DNA of 63,445 nucleotides, filler included, from Hyphochytrium catenoides (Eukaryota > Protista > Hyphochytriomycota): the NCBI GenBank assembly GCA_900088475.1. It is 8 parts of 8 records of this genome, joined end to end, with 100 filler letters (N's around TTAATTAATTAA, not from the genome) between each part and the next. Parts side by side here need not be neighbours in the genome. Positions count along the whole stretch, not along the records: positions 1 to 4,538 come from FLMG01000937.1; positions 4,639 to 23,080 come from FLMG01002407.1; 6 more parts are not named here. One strand, 5' to 3'. Position numbers and translations under genes: made by a program. The notes under the pieces are model-generated. The model ran no database searches. It was not told where the DNA came from and saw only the letters and a list, made by a program, of their open reading frames with translations. The number at the start of each line of letters is the position of its first letter. The first letter of the stretch is position 1. Positions 1 through 13,400 of the stretch are shown piece by piece.

Positions 1-369
1 AGAGAGAGAGAGAGAGAAAGGATTCAGCAGCAGGAAGAACTTCAACAAGCTCTTGAATCTTCTTCCCAAGTATGTTGGTCGAATCCTATCCCTGACTGCA
101 CCGCCCAGCGTGGCCAACAGCCACAAAAGGGAAGAACGGGACAACAGCGCGCTTCGACCCGTCGCTATTATAGAGAAAGCCAGGAGAGAGAGAGAGAGAG
201 AAAATCAATGGGGAAGGAGGCTCAGGATGGATAGAGGGGTAGAAGACAGAGCAAAGGGCGGAAAGGAAGTAGAGCCTTAGTTCCGAATCAATGAGATGAC
301 ACCAAGAATTGACCCTGACGAACATTGATCCGCGACAATTCCTTCGGCAGCCATCAAGTTCTGCCTCAG

Positions 370-403
<34 letters not shown>

Positions 404-649
404 CTCTCACTTCTGCTCCCTACTCTCCGTAGCACACGCCGTCTCCGTCGTTCGCAATCACTGCCCTGGTTACAATGCCTATCGCTCCTAAAATGCTTGA
501 GTCTTTGTTTTCGCTCTGCCAGTGTCACTTCCAAAATCACCCGCTCCCTGACACACAGAACGAGGAAGAGGCTAGCGATCTGGTCCAACTCCCAGACGGT
601 GTCCTCTCACTCTCTCTCTCTTTGCGTGAACACCTTGTTGTCGACCAAG

Positions 650-2747
650 ATGCTGGGCCTCTCTTCTCTCTTGGGTTCCGTGGCTGTGCTCTCTCTCTTC
701 CTCTCCTCTCCATTGCATGCAGAAGAGGGAAAGCAGCTACGCGGTCTCTTCGAGGTGGAAGATGACCTCCAACTTCACTTGGCCGTGACTGGTGTCTCCT
801 CTCCCAGTACCGTCGTCATGTTTGCTACCAAGTTCTGGGAGTAAGTACAAAAGCAGTTCTCGTCCTCTCTGTCTCTCTCTGTCTCTGTCTGCTACCATGT
901 GGGAGAACCTTCGTCTCTGCTTTGCTGCTTATTTTTGACACTATGAACCGGAGCCCAGCCCTCTTCATTGAGCTTAATTTTCCCTCGCTTTCTAACCTTC
1001 ACCTCTTGCTCACTTCTTGCATCGTAGGACCAGTGACCCTCGCGTGGAGGTGAAGGCTCAGGATGGGAGCCAGAAGTTCACTTTGAAGCCGGCATACAGC
1101 GATGGCTGGTGGAACTCTCTCTATCGCACCTACAAGACAGAGATCCCGGACCTCGTGCCAGGTACCTCCTTCTGCTTTTCTTCTCAATCTTTCGTCGGGG
1201 GCTGAAGTCGGCGCCTCTCTGCGGGCATCCTTTTCTTTTTCTCTCATTCGTCTGCTTAGATCTCCCTGAGCAATGTGGGTCCTTCAATCTTCTTACCTCG
1301 GGTAACCAACTCTCTCCTTTCCTCCTCTCGCTTAGGCAAGGAGTACACCTACCAGGTCTTCCTGAATAACAATGAGGGCTCAGCGCCGAAGAAGTTCAAA
1401 GCTCCCTACCCAGAGGTCAAGGGCACCAACGCCTCTCCAGACACTCCTTGGGGCTTCTTGGTTCTTGGAGACATCGGAATATTCCCCGCTTCCAGGAAGA
1501 ACCTGAAGTTGATGGCGCAGGAAAACCTTGACTTTTATGAGCTGATGATGGACGTCGGAGACTTAGCCTACGCCTTTGGCATCGATAAAGTTTGGAACGA
1601 GTACATGGAGATGATTGAGCCTGTCGCCTCACGGATTCCGTGGATGACTTGCCCTGGCAATCATGTAAGGCGTTTCTTTGGTTATCATCAATCTTGTCTG
1701 TTTCTCCTCTTTCAACTCTGTCCCTCCCATCTTGCACCTCTGCCCCGGCGGGCCATAGGCCTTGGTCCGGTAGGCAACCTGTATGAGGTCTTGGACTTCC
1801 ATCTTTCTCTCCTCTGCTGCTCGGTCCTAACCCTTCCTAATGCCGGCTATTTCTCCACGCAGGAACTCCTCGCAGTCGACAGTGGCTTAGAGTTTGGCGG
1901 ACCCATGCGCGCACGATTCTTCATGCCTAGCAAGCAATCCAACAGCAACAACCCTCACTGGTACTCCTTCAACCATAGGATCGCGCACTTCACCACGATT
2001 AGCACGGATGACGACTACTTCCCTGACACTGAGCAGTACAAGTGGCTGGAGCAGGATCTGAAGGCAGCGAACACACCAGAAGCTAGAGCTGCCAGGTAAG
2101 GGAGAGCTGATGACGGCAAGGAGACCACCCTAAGGGAGAGAGCTACGACGAGGAGGTACAAAGAGAGAGACAGAGAGATGCTTGGAAAAGAAGGAGGCAG
2201 TCGACCTTCTTAAAGACAGCTCCTCATATCCTCCTCTTAGGCCATGGGTCATTGTGGCCATGCACAAGCCTATGTATGGCACCTTTAAAAGAGGGAGCAG
2301 AGGCGATGATGCAGGCAGAGGAGAACCTGGCAGTCTCATCAAGAATTTGGAACCTCTTTTCACCAAGTATAAGGTTGACCTCGTATTCACTGGACACGAG
2401 CACTTCTATGAGAGGTAAATGGTCTTCCAATCCAAGCTCTTCTCTCTCCCTCTCTCTTCTGGGTCTCACCATCTTTTGACGCATCGCGTAGGATGTTCCC
2501 TGTAAGCAATGATGGCAAAACCATCGGCTCTTCCTACTCTTCCCCAACCTCTCCCGTGCATATCTTGGTGGGCATGGGAGGCTTCCTCCGCACCACCGAC
2601 AACCTTGCACCAGAGCCATATTCTGCCTACAGAGAACAGACTTATGGCTATGGCAGAGTCAGCTTCCTTAATGCCTCCGCTGTGAAGGTGGAGTATGTAG
2701 AGCAGAATTCCGAGAAAGTGAAGGACTCTGTTATCATCACCAAGTAG
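650..2747 (+). CDS. Secreted purple acid phosphatase (N-terminal Fn3-like domain + metallophosphoesterase), 6 exons
   Basis: Exons 650-840, 1028-1161, 1336-1664, 1863-2095, 2241-2414, 2492-2747 joined by phase-consistent GT-AG introns. Signal-peptide-like N-terminus MLGLSSLLGSVAVLSLFLSSPLHA. All five PAP metal-binding motifs present: GDIG, GDLAY, GNH|E (split by an intron), VAMH, GHEH. Confidence 0.93.
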
Positions 2748-4054
2748 GTGTCACATCGTAGCATAACAGAGAGTGAGAGAGAGGACGGAAAGGCACAGGA
2801 GTGAAAATCAGCGGGCACTAGGAGACCATGGGTATATGTGGATTGGTAAGGTAAGAGAGAAGCAATGGTTTGACAGAGAGTGGGAGGACATCTAGGTTAG
2901 GAGAGAGGAACAAGCAAAGTTCATCGGCCTCACTTTCTGAGGTCTATGATAGAGTACAGATCAACGGATTATTTGAAAAGATATCGTTATAAAGAAAATA
3001 AAGAGTTTGAGCCTTCAATTGATGTTCTGATGACAACAATCTCAAAGGGTCAGCTCCGGGCCTAGACTAACTTGTCACTCTGCTCGGCTCGTCCTTACGA
3101 CGGGTAGACTGCCCTGCATTATTCTTTGTTGATGCCGTTGTTTAAAGGTAGTGCCCAGCATGCAGCGAAAGATACACATGCAGGAGAGTCGACTGGAAGT
3201 CGTTTGGAGCTAGTTCCCCGGCTGGGGCCCGGTAATAATGACTGGATGGGGCCATATCCTACAGCTCAACTGGTAAAACACTTCTTCACTACCCTCAAGA
3301 AAGAGCGCGCGAGCAGCATAGACAAGCCAGCGGCCGTGAGATAAGTGTGCCTGAGAGAATTGACCGCCGCTTATACTCAAAAGCATGGGAGCTTGGAAGC
3401 ATTCTGATGCATCTTTGCACCTTCCATAAAACAGTCTTTTGACCTACACCGAACACTTAAGCGCGACAAATCCAGAGCCCACTAATAACGACCGCGACAG
3501 GGAGATGCCAGAAGATGGACGCAGGGAGCATAAGACAGCGCGCCCAAGGCCAGAGCGCGCGGGCATAGGAGAGAGAAAGAGAGAGACAGAGAGTCATTGT
3601 CTTTCTTGAGGCATCACTGGCACGCGGAGTTACGGTCTCTTTCTTGTCTCTTCAGAACCCGTTGAAGGTTGAAGCACATCAGCATGAGACAGACGTGAGG
3701 CCCGGGTCGGATCCTATTCGAGACGTAACCGGAGCTCCATGAGAGCTTTACAGTGCATATTATAACTCGAGTCCCGGGTTGCAGACTTGGGTTAAGGTGC
3801 CGAGACTACCGTCCGAATCTTGTTATCGTGAATGTTGCGGTGGCCTCGTGCTCTGAAAGGCGAAGCAGGGATCGAGACAGAGTACGAACTAAGAAAACGC
3901 GAATGGTATCGAAGCCCCTACTCAATGACGGTTATTGGGTGAGACAGAGTGACCTCATAGATCACAAGACATATGTTTCGGATAAAGCTGGTAGATTTTC
4001 TTACCCCTAGAATAAAGTACGCGAGTCATAGATAGAGAATCAAAGGGCAGGAAG

Positions 4055-4074
4055 GGAGAGAGAGAGAGAGAGAC

Positions 4075-4130
<56 letters not shown>

Positions 4131-4320
4131 GAGAGAGAGAAGAGAGAGAGAGACAGACAGAGAGAGAGAAAGGGAGAGAAGAGATGAGAGAGAATAAGAA
4201 TCATCGAGCACTTTTGTGGTGGGGTGAGATAGAGTTGACAAGAGAACAATAATGGAGAGGAGAGGATGCGTGAGAGGGAGAAGGGAGAGAGGAGGGAAGA
4301 AAGAGAGAGACAGAGAGGAA
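4055..4320. repeat. (GA)n microsatellite tract; similar tracts at 24480-24625, 41027-41086, 41641-41705, 55273-55400, 56030-56125 and 62815-62940
   Basis: Directly visible dinucleotide repeats. Confidence 0.95.
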
Positions 4321-4394
4321 GACGAAGCAGAACTTCAATAAGGTCTCGGGAACATCAAACCACAGCATCGATCAGATCTGATTGAACGATGGTC

Positions 4395-4442
4395 TGGAGC
4401 CTGGAGCCTGATGGAGCCTGGAGCCTGGAGCCTGGAGCCTGA
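4395..4442. repeat. Tandem heptamer (TGGAGCC)x6 with one TGA interruption
   Basis: Directly visible. Confidence 0.85.
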
Positions 4443-4503
4443 AGCGACAAAAGAAGCTGGTCGGTGGCTATTGAACCTTTCGATGAGCCATAGTAGAGAC
4501 GGA

Positions 4504-4538
<35 letters not shown>

Positions 4539-4638
4539 NNNNNNNNNNNNNNNNNNNNNNNNNNNNNNNNNNNNNNNNNNNNTTAATTAATTAANNNNNN
4601 NNNNNNNNNNNNNNNNNNNNNNNNNNNNNNNNNNNNNN
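4539..4638. other. Artificial contig linker N44-TTAATTAATTAA-N44
   Basis: Exactly 100 bp with a six-frame stop 12-mer at its centre. The same structure recurs at 23081-23180, 53826-53925, 55173-55272, 57781-57880, 60936-61035 and 62269-62368. Confidence 0.97.
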
Positions 4639-7600
4639 TTAGTAGTAGCGGCGCTCTGATAAGCCTAACCAAGAGGCCTTTCCTTATAAATGCAAGATTA
4701 AGATGGAGCAAATGAAAGAAGGAGTGGTAAAATGCACTGAAGGAGGCAACCAGGCACATATATATAAATATATAAATAGAGAGAGAGAGAGGCACATCTT
4801 AGGAAGAGAGGCACGTAGTGAGGGTTAGGCGGAAAGCAATGGTCCACATTATAGGCTCTCGTTACAGGGTAGAATTAGACGAATTATTTAGGAGTGTAGA
4901 AAGCGAAAAGGAGGCAGTGAGGAAAGAAGACGGAAGACCAAGGAAGAATGGGACGCGAGGAAAGGAGAAAGTTAACAGCGAGAAGGAGAGAAAGACAGAC
5001 AGAGACACAACGAGAGAGAGGGTCATGGTGAAGGCGATGGGAGGCGAGTCAACCTGAGAAGAGAAATCTTTACTCTCCTTCTCTACATCTTCACTCTACC
5101 TAATCAAAGTTCCCAGGGAGTGCAACCCAATTCTGACATTAATTCTCATGCTTGGCTCCATGTCAATCTATCATAAAGAAGACAGAGCTGAGTTAGGAAT
5201 AGTCTGCGCGATGCTATTATGAAAGCGGGTTGGGAGAGTAGCAGCGAGAGGGAGAGGATAGAGGAAGGTTCATGACTGAGGAGGGAAAAGGTCGGAGACA
5301 CTGAAGGAGGAGAAAACGATCGTGCAAGGAAATAGAGGAGGAGCGGTACAGCGAGAAAACGAAAACAAAGAAGGTGAGGGTGATTGTGACTGCAGAGAGA
5401 GAGACACACGAAGAGAGATAACACACGAGAGAAAGGAGAGAGTGGAAAGAAATCTGATGACTTTTGGCAGAGGTAGATGTTGATGATGTCTGAAGCTCTG
5501 TCTGGATGAGCATGTAACAAAGGGACTTGATGATAATTATGTGTCAATTGGAATGACTGTGTCAATCTTGGTGCTCTATCTGCGAACAGCGACTGGAAGA
5601 AATAACTAGGGAGAAGCGGAAAGAGAAGCAAGAAGAAGGCCCGCTGCAGGAGGAAGAGTAAGAAGAAAGGCAGTCATGGCGAAGAGAGATAAGGTTAGAG
5701 AAAGAGGAAAAGACCCAGCCGTAGATAGCGAAGAGGCCAGGTAAGGCCGAAAAGGGAAGGGAGAGGGCCAATTTGAAGAGGAACGAGAGATTTACGGTAA
5801 CATAATAGGAGAAGATAAGAGAGTCAAGGCAAGATAGCAAGGCGGAACGGAAGAGACATGAGGCAAATCTGGAGAAAAAGAGAATGATTGATCAGTATGA
5901 AGGCGCTTCGTCCTGAGAAGTTGATTCAGACATAACTCCAGATTCCCTCTTTGTTGCGCCCTCCAGATCCGCTGTCAACGATAAAAGCAAACTTGGCGGT
6001 GACTCGAGCCTAGCCTGCCACCTGGAACCTGTGGCAAGACGATGAAAGTTTTTTGAGACTCAAAAGATTGATGAGCAAGAGACAAATAGAGAGGAGATTA
6101 AGAAGAGCAGCAGAAGGGGCACAGCGAGACAAAAGAGAGAGAGACGAAGACGAATGCAGATGACGCAGAAGATCATTATCAGCAAGAGAGTGTTCATCAT
6201 CGTGTCGCTTTGATACAAATCGTCCTCAAAGACTTGCCCCTCCGACAGCAAACTGACATCTGGCCGCTGTTGCTGTCTCCAAGGTGGAGAAGTAACTCAG
6301 CAGACGGGTATATCAGCCATCAGGGCAACTCTGACTCTGACTCATCATGCAGCACTTTTTGGAAGTGCCAGCCACTAGTGGGGCGGCGGGCCTGTATCGC
6401 CGCTGCCGCGCTGCCGCTACCAGCTTGTTGAGAAGTCTCTGTGCAGTGGCCTCCCCTGTGCTACAGAAGGACAAAAGGACCACACCAGGTACAACCCCAG
6501 GACTCCCCCTGGAAGGAGCCAACCGTTACCCGTCCCCCTGTGCAGACAAGTCGAAAAGACCAAGCTGCCAGCATTTTTTTTTTGAACGAAGAGGGGACCC
6601 ATCGGAGCTCTGAAATCTCTGTCTGCCGGTCAGGCGCCATCTACTTTATATCCCGTTGAGAAGAAACCACTGCCCGGCTTTCCCTGGAAGAAGGTCTAGG
6701 CGCCCAAGCTGGGCGATCAGTGGTCTTTACCAGAAGAACGCTCTCAACAACTAGTACTATTTGTTGCCCATCATCACATGAAGAATCACGCTGATCTGCT
6801 GGCTCTTCTTAAGGGAGAGGGAGCAGAGAGTTCGCTATGCCGGGATAACACTGCCACTTGACGGCTGCTCTTTTTTCAGCTCAAAATATCGACAGTGGCT
6901 GAGTTGACGATGATGCTAGGCCTTAAACCGGATGAACAGGAGAGTAACTTACTTCTCATGTTTCCACTTTGGGCCTGCTGATGCGCTCGATTTCTATCAG
7001 ACTCGGTCGATACTCTGCGCAACTGTTTGAAGGATATCTCCTAATGCCGTTGATTCTACCGTCCGTCAATCAGTCATGGCAGCTTGGCGGTGGTTGCCTC
7101 TTTGTCCCTACCGTCTTTACACAGACGCCGCTCTCTTTTCCCTGTTAGGTAGGAGCGGAATGGAGCTGCCATTCTGTGCGCTCTACCGCACTGAAACGGT
7201 CACCCCTACGTATAGTCTGTACATTATGAAGTCTGATGCCTGTGTAACCTTAGCACTTTGTCATTCATCGGCTGCTGGACCGTGGTTAGATGTTGAACGA
7301 AAGATGACAGATGTTCAAACGCGTCGAACTCCTTCATCACGAGAGGGAGCAGCTCTTGTTTTCATTAAGGGTTATGGCTCAATTCTATCAGGCTAGCTCT
7401 CGCTCTCTTTTCAGTCCCCTTGTCTCTCTCTCTATCCATTCAGCTCTTATATTTGCCTTGCCTTCTCTCTCCGTCTTCCCTAAGCACACCCTCGCTCTAT
7501 GCCAACTATTAACAATCATCTCCCCTGCAGACACAATCTTTGGTGGTTCTTTCAGGTATCCCACCAAAAAGCTCTCGGTCTCTAATCCTGTGTGTTACAG

Positions 7601-10439
7601 CCTGGGCAGCTCGATCTTCAGTTGCGGGCCACATAAATTGATTTTCTTGATCTATGGTTATTGCTTCCCTGCCATGGCCTAACCCTTGTTTATCATCTTT
7701 GCCTTGTTCCCTTTCCTTTCCACTCCATCCATCGCCTTCCGCTTTACTTCTGATAAGTGAAGAAATGCCTTAGCAGTGCTTCTCGTGCTGCGGGCAACTA
7801 AACTGCTATCACCCTCTTGTAGTTTGCTGTCATATGCGTGTTCTTAATTCTCCGGCTTTCCCTTCTCCTCCACTGACTATTTGACATCAACAGACCTGAC
7901 TTGCAGGCCATAGGATACAAAGCGGCCATGACTCAGGGACATCCCTCCTCGTACCCTCTCCTAATTTTTGTTTAGTGGACATGCTCGTTCGTTCTTATAT
8001 TGTCTATAGAGTATCGTCTTTCTGCCCACGAGTACCCATCTGACTTCTCTGGCATCACAGCTGCCGCAGCTAAAGCCTCTAATACAGAGTAGAGTCACGT
8101 TGCTAGCGTCTTTTTCTGCTGTATCACAACCTCATTTCGTTCTCTCTCTAGTATCATCTCCACCCTCTCTCTGTTCAAGGGTCTTTTCCCTTATGCTATC
8201 TTTTATCGCTTCTGCCTTCACTTCCAGAATCATCCTCTTCTTTCCTATGGACATTTCCTATCCCAGCGTTCTTGTTATCACACCGCGTCGCTGTTACACT
8301 CTGCGGCTCTTTCTTTGTCTAAGTCCTAACCTTTTCTCTTCGTACTACCTACACTTCTTTTACAGACCGCTCTCATTCTCTTACAGCCCCATTCCTTCTT
8401 CCTCTTCTCTCTTTTCATCGCCGAGTATTTCCCTTTTTAATCTTGTCCGTTGTGGTCATAGCATCCCTGTTACTCCCCTCTTTACTTGATCTAGCAGCTT
8501 AGGGAACAAAGAACTATTTAATGGACCACAAAATCGTCACGCTTATTATATCTGCTTCCTGGTGCCAACCTTTCACCTGCACATTCTCCACTTCTCAATC
8601 CTCTCTCTCTCTCTGTCTCCTCCTTACTATTCAAGATGTTGGCTGTCCCGACGAAGAGCTTTGATTGTCCTATTCGGATGGCAAACAACATGGAATAGAG
8701 AACAGATAATGGGCAAAAGTCTTGGAAAATCTTCCTTACTCGACGACTTGAACGGCGGGGACCGGCCTCAATGGTTACCCGCTGTAGGTGCATAGGTCAA
8801 GGAGTAGAGAATTTGATATTCAATGCCCAGGTTGGCTTGACCTGAGCAGCCCAAGGGTACTTAACGTGTTGAGTAAGGGAAGATAAGAAGATAAATCCTA
8901 TCATGTAGAGCACCAGGGTTATTACATAGGAGGCGAGGCCGCAGTCTGAATGGAAGGTCCCATCACCGATCCTCGACGTAGGAGCAGAGAGTTCAAGAGG
9001 TTCCAAGGACGTGCACTATGGATTATGAATGCTATGCGAGAACTATAATAATCAACAGGACCATAATTAGAAGAAGAAGAGTAAATGTGAGCGGCTGACG
9101 GATAGATTCAGAAATCCACTAAGGATTGATTAGCACTAGCCGTAGGGGTAAGGCGGAGAAGTATGAGGACACGGCCGCACTACATACACTACCAGGGACA
9201 TCATAGACAACAATTCTCTCAATGGCCCAGCGCACTTTCTACAGTCTAAACAATTCTGTCAAAGAGGGAAAATTGAACCACCTATCAGACGGCATAAAGG
9301 CTTTTCCAAAAGAGCTCAAGAATGAAATGAAGAGCACAGAGCAGCAGCTGGAGAACGTCTGTCTTTGACTGCGCCTAATGACCTGTGGAATGCCGCGGCA
9401 CCAGGAGCTTGCTAAGCATTTGGCTCGTTTAGAATAGCAGCAAATTCTACCGTAGCCGTTGCACAAGCTTCATCGTCCACTTTACTTCTGCAGCAGGAAG
9501 AGCGATGAGTGGTTTAATCCTCGACTGATGACTCACCTACAACAAAGAGGATGAGATGATTGGAAGGTCAGGAAGGCGTCTGAGCGTTCTGACCCAACTG
9601 AATACGATGAGCGGCGACCGCACGAAGCGGCAGCACAAAACAGCAGGAGGCGCATGACACAGCCAGGCAGAGAGTGTGAGAGATCCAAGAGGCTGTAGGA
9701 CATCAATTCTCAGGGTGTTGTCATTTCCCTGCTTCCTGCTGGAACAGCAAAGAAGTGTGAAGGAGAGAGACAAAATGTAGCCCTCTTGATTCTCCTCCTC
9801 GAGACCAGCTGCCGACATAGAGCGCTAAGGAACTCAACCCTCTTTTGCCACTTTCCGTTTCGTCTCGCGAAGAAAAAAGCGAGCTTTTTGGGTGCCAAGA
9901 AACGTGTTCTCACGGTATTAGTAGTGGGTTACATGTGCAGTTAACAGGGATAGGAACCAGAAGCCTATCAGATAATCACAGTAACTACGACAATTGTCGT
10001 CCCTGGGCGGTGATGGAGGACTCAGCTCCATTCTGAGTCCTGTCTAAAGATCCACCATGATCTGTGAGGCAGCTGCTTCAGGCTTGGCCCACAATCAGCC
10101 TGGGCAGCAGCGATCATCACTCTTGCTTCTAAATTTGTCAGCATTTGGTCTTTGTCTCTAGAGAACTGCGCTGAGCTTCCAAAGAGTGGTGGCCTTTGTG
10201 TTGCCATCCTGGGCATCTCGTTGGAACCATATCCTCTGCAGTAAGCACCGAAAGCGCGAAGATGCTCAGTTGACTACTTCTACTGCGCTGCATGGGTGTA
10301 GTCAGCTGTGCCTGCCCTCTCTATTGCCACTGTGTCTAGGTTCTGGGCAGGCGCCAAAGGCTGAGGAGGCTGACCGAACAAATCTGAGACTGAGGAGCGA
10401 GGTCACCCCCATCCTCTAACGGCGGCAGGAAGACCTAAC

Positions 10440-13400
10440 ATTTTCCGATATTTCGCCTAAATCTAATCGCCTGCCTAAATGGCAACCTAGGTGTCAGTCC
10501 CAGTGCCAGCCGACTTACCGGGGTAGCTTGGTCCCAGGCTAACCATTCGTGATTGACCATAGTCCTTAAGCAGCGCCAGCTTAGCTGCCAATCAAAATGC
10601 CAGCCTCAACCGGCTGATTAGGCCTAGTTGCCGAGATAGGTGCCAGATCAGTTCCAGGCTTAGGCCGGCCTGGTATCACGTACCAACATTGACGATTTGA
10701 CCCTATTTTATGCAGGACCAACCCAGAAGTCCGCTGAGGCGTCAGCACCAACAAGTGCCGCAGCACCCAGAGGCGAGCGGAGGTTATTGACCCCAACGCT
10801 AAGAAGCGTTCATTGCAGGTCAGCCACCGCGAGCCAGAACAAATGCGCTTGCTCGCCTACTCGACAGTTATGATGGTCTTGTGTGCCCTTTCTTCCCCTC
10901 CTCTCTCTCCGATTGTAAGTGCTGAGGAAACCAGCAGCTATGATGACTCCTTTCCGCTTTGATCCTGACCCATCGTATAGCCAGCAGCAGCTTCTACAGC
11001 TACCCCATATTGCTTCTTCCGCCCTCTCAACATCCCCGCTACTGCAAACGCCCTGCTCATAGTAGTAGGTGCTAGTGGCCCAGGTGCCACCATAAGTCCC
11101 AGCTTTAGAAAGAGCCTTTACTCGTCTTAGAAGCCAATAATGGTGTCCGCCTCAAACTTGATAACCTAGCTGCCATCCTAGGAGTCTTCCAGGCTGCCGC
11201 CAGCTTCATATATACCAACTTAAAGTGCCACCCCCATAGGCCAACTTAGCAGGTCCACGCCTGATCAGGATTGTAAGCACACGAAAAGAAGGCCTTCGTC
11301 GGGTCCGTTAGCCCTGTTTCTTACCTTGACTGAACACATCCCGATGCAGGCAAACAAGCAGAAGAAGTGTGCGGACTTTAGTCGATGCGATTTTCCTTCA
11401 ATAGAGTGCTTTACCTAGATAACTACACAGATAGAGTAGGTCGTAAGACTCTCGAGGCAGTAGAGAACAAAGAGAAGGGGAAAAGGAGGGCCCCCTCGAC
11501 TGCAAGTGCCGGGATAATTCCTCTCGCGATTGGCATCTGCCTTTCAGTCTTGACTTCTGTCGCCGATACGCCAGCCAGTCGATACGGATACTATTATGGC
11601 CAAGTATGCACCGGAGGTTGGACCAACGACGGTTAGCAAGTACCACACGGATTAGCTAGTTGCCAGATGTTCTGATAAAGTCTGTCTAACCTCCTCTATC
11701 GGCATAAATGCCAGCCTGCTGTGTGCTCGGCTTGAGCCAGACTAGGTGGTGCCAGCTTCAATAGCAAGCGGAGGGTGCCAGTCTAATACTGCTGACTTCG
11801 GACTCTGTACTGGAGGGCTGCTGCGCACTGTCGCGTGCACTAGGCCGTGCTGCTTATCTGCGCTAGACTTTGCAGATGAAAGGTGTGATGGCGCTCTGAG
11901 CCTCTTTGCTGGTCCAAGGACCGAAGCTCTTGAATGCCTTTCATGTTTCTTCTGCAAAAAATCTTTCTTCTCTCCCTTCCTACTTCTATCATCTTACGTG
12001 TGTTGCATTCTTATCTAAGGGCTCAAGGGTATAGGAGCCAGCTCAGTGGCGATAGCTCGTAGTTAGAAGCTTTACTAGCTTAGCTAAAAGAACTTTCGCA
12101 AGAGCTTGATGATCACTTCTCAGTTGATCAACTCATTCACTCATCAATCTCCTACGAAGAGCACAAGTCCAGCACTACCTCTCAACGAGCATTTTTCCCG
12201 CTTAGGGCCAGCCTTGAAGTTAACAACCGCACTATATTGCAAGTCTAGATGCCAGTGTTACTGCCAGCCCTGGTACCCGTCTTCGTGCCAGCGTTGGTGC
12301 CAATGTTAGTGCCGACTCTAAGTGCCATCTTCTATGGTAGCCTGGCTAAGGTGACAGCCACAAGTGCTACCATAGGTTGCAGCCGCTGTTTCAGCCTAAG
12401 CCTATAGCGATAGCCTAGGACCGACATAGATGCAGCCTTAGCTGGCTAGAAATCAGCCTTGACGCCCGCCTTAGTCCCAGCCTTACACGCCAGCGTAATT
12501 GTGAAAGTAGGGGGGTCACCGCATTTGTCAAACTAGGTGCCAGGCCAGGTACCCATTCTAGGTGCCAGCGTAGGAACCAGCATAAGTGCCCTCTTTGACG
12601 TGAATTTGTTCGATCCCGCATTGGTGTCAGCGATGGTTACCGCTTTGGTCCGAGCCTAGGTTCCCAGTCTTGGTGCCAGCCCGGATCAGATCCAGCCTAG
12701 GTACCAGCCTTTGAAGATAACAGGGGGATTGTAATAACATCACAAGAGACAAAAAGTAACACCATCATCCGCAAGATGTTTAGGGCATTCTGGGTGCGTA
12801 ATAAGAGGATGGAGGTCTTATTTCTCTCGATAAGCTTGGGCCAGCGCCACTTCGGTCGATAAGCTTGGGTCAGCGCCACTTCGGTCGGACGCATCCAAAT
12901 CCAGCAGCATGATGAGCACTGACGCTCTCTATACGGGCGGTACCGTGCTCAAACTTCAGCACGAAGAGTCGTGTAGCGCAGTAGTAAGTAGTTGTTCAAG
13001 TAGAGTTGTTTACAAGCACCTTAGCCTTCCAGTTGCCGCGATGGTGTTGCGTAAATAGCGCACGTGCCTATGTCAGTGCCCCCAGTTTATGTGGCGACCT
13101 GGGTTTCGGGGAAATGGCGGTATCGCATACTTCTTTTATAGCTTCAGTGTCGGTCTCAAGCAGCATTATTGGTGGGCTAGAGGAACAAGGGCTAGATGAC
13201 ACGTTATCATAGGCTGATCTTACCCTACGGTCTGGTGGATAAGACCAGACAGAGAAGGCTGGCCTCTCAGCAAGAAAGCGTGGTAATGTGTACAGTCACG
13301 TGCCAAAGTTTATAAAGATTTGTAATAGGTCACATGGCCCAACGAGAAGCACCAGTGCGTGGTTCGTAGGGACAGACAAAGGGAGAGAGAAGGCAGAAAA

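Noticed and set aside
20-355. Possible minus-strand gene start divergent from the phosphatase (MAAEGIVADQ...; DSTNILGKKIQELVE, faintly TAF12-like)
   Set aside because: No consistent splice model can be built and it runs off the window edge.
3126-4010. Short ORFs downstream of the phosphatase
   Set aside because: Under 90 aa, with no motifs or splice support.
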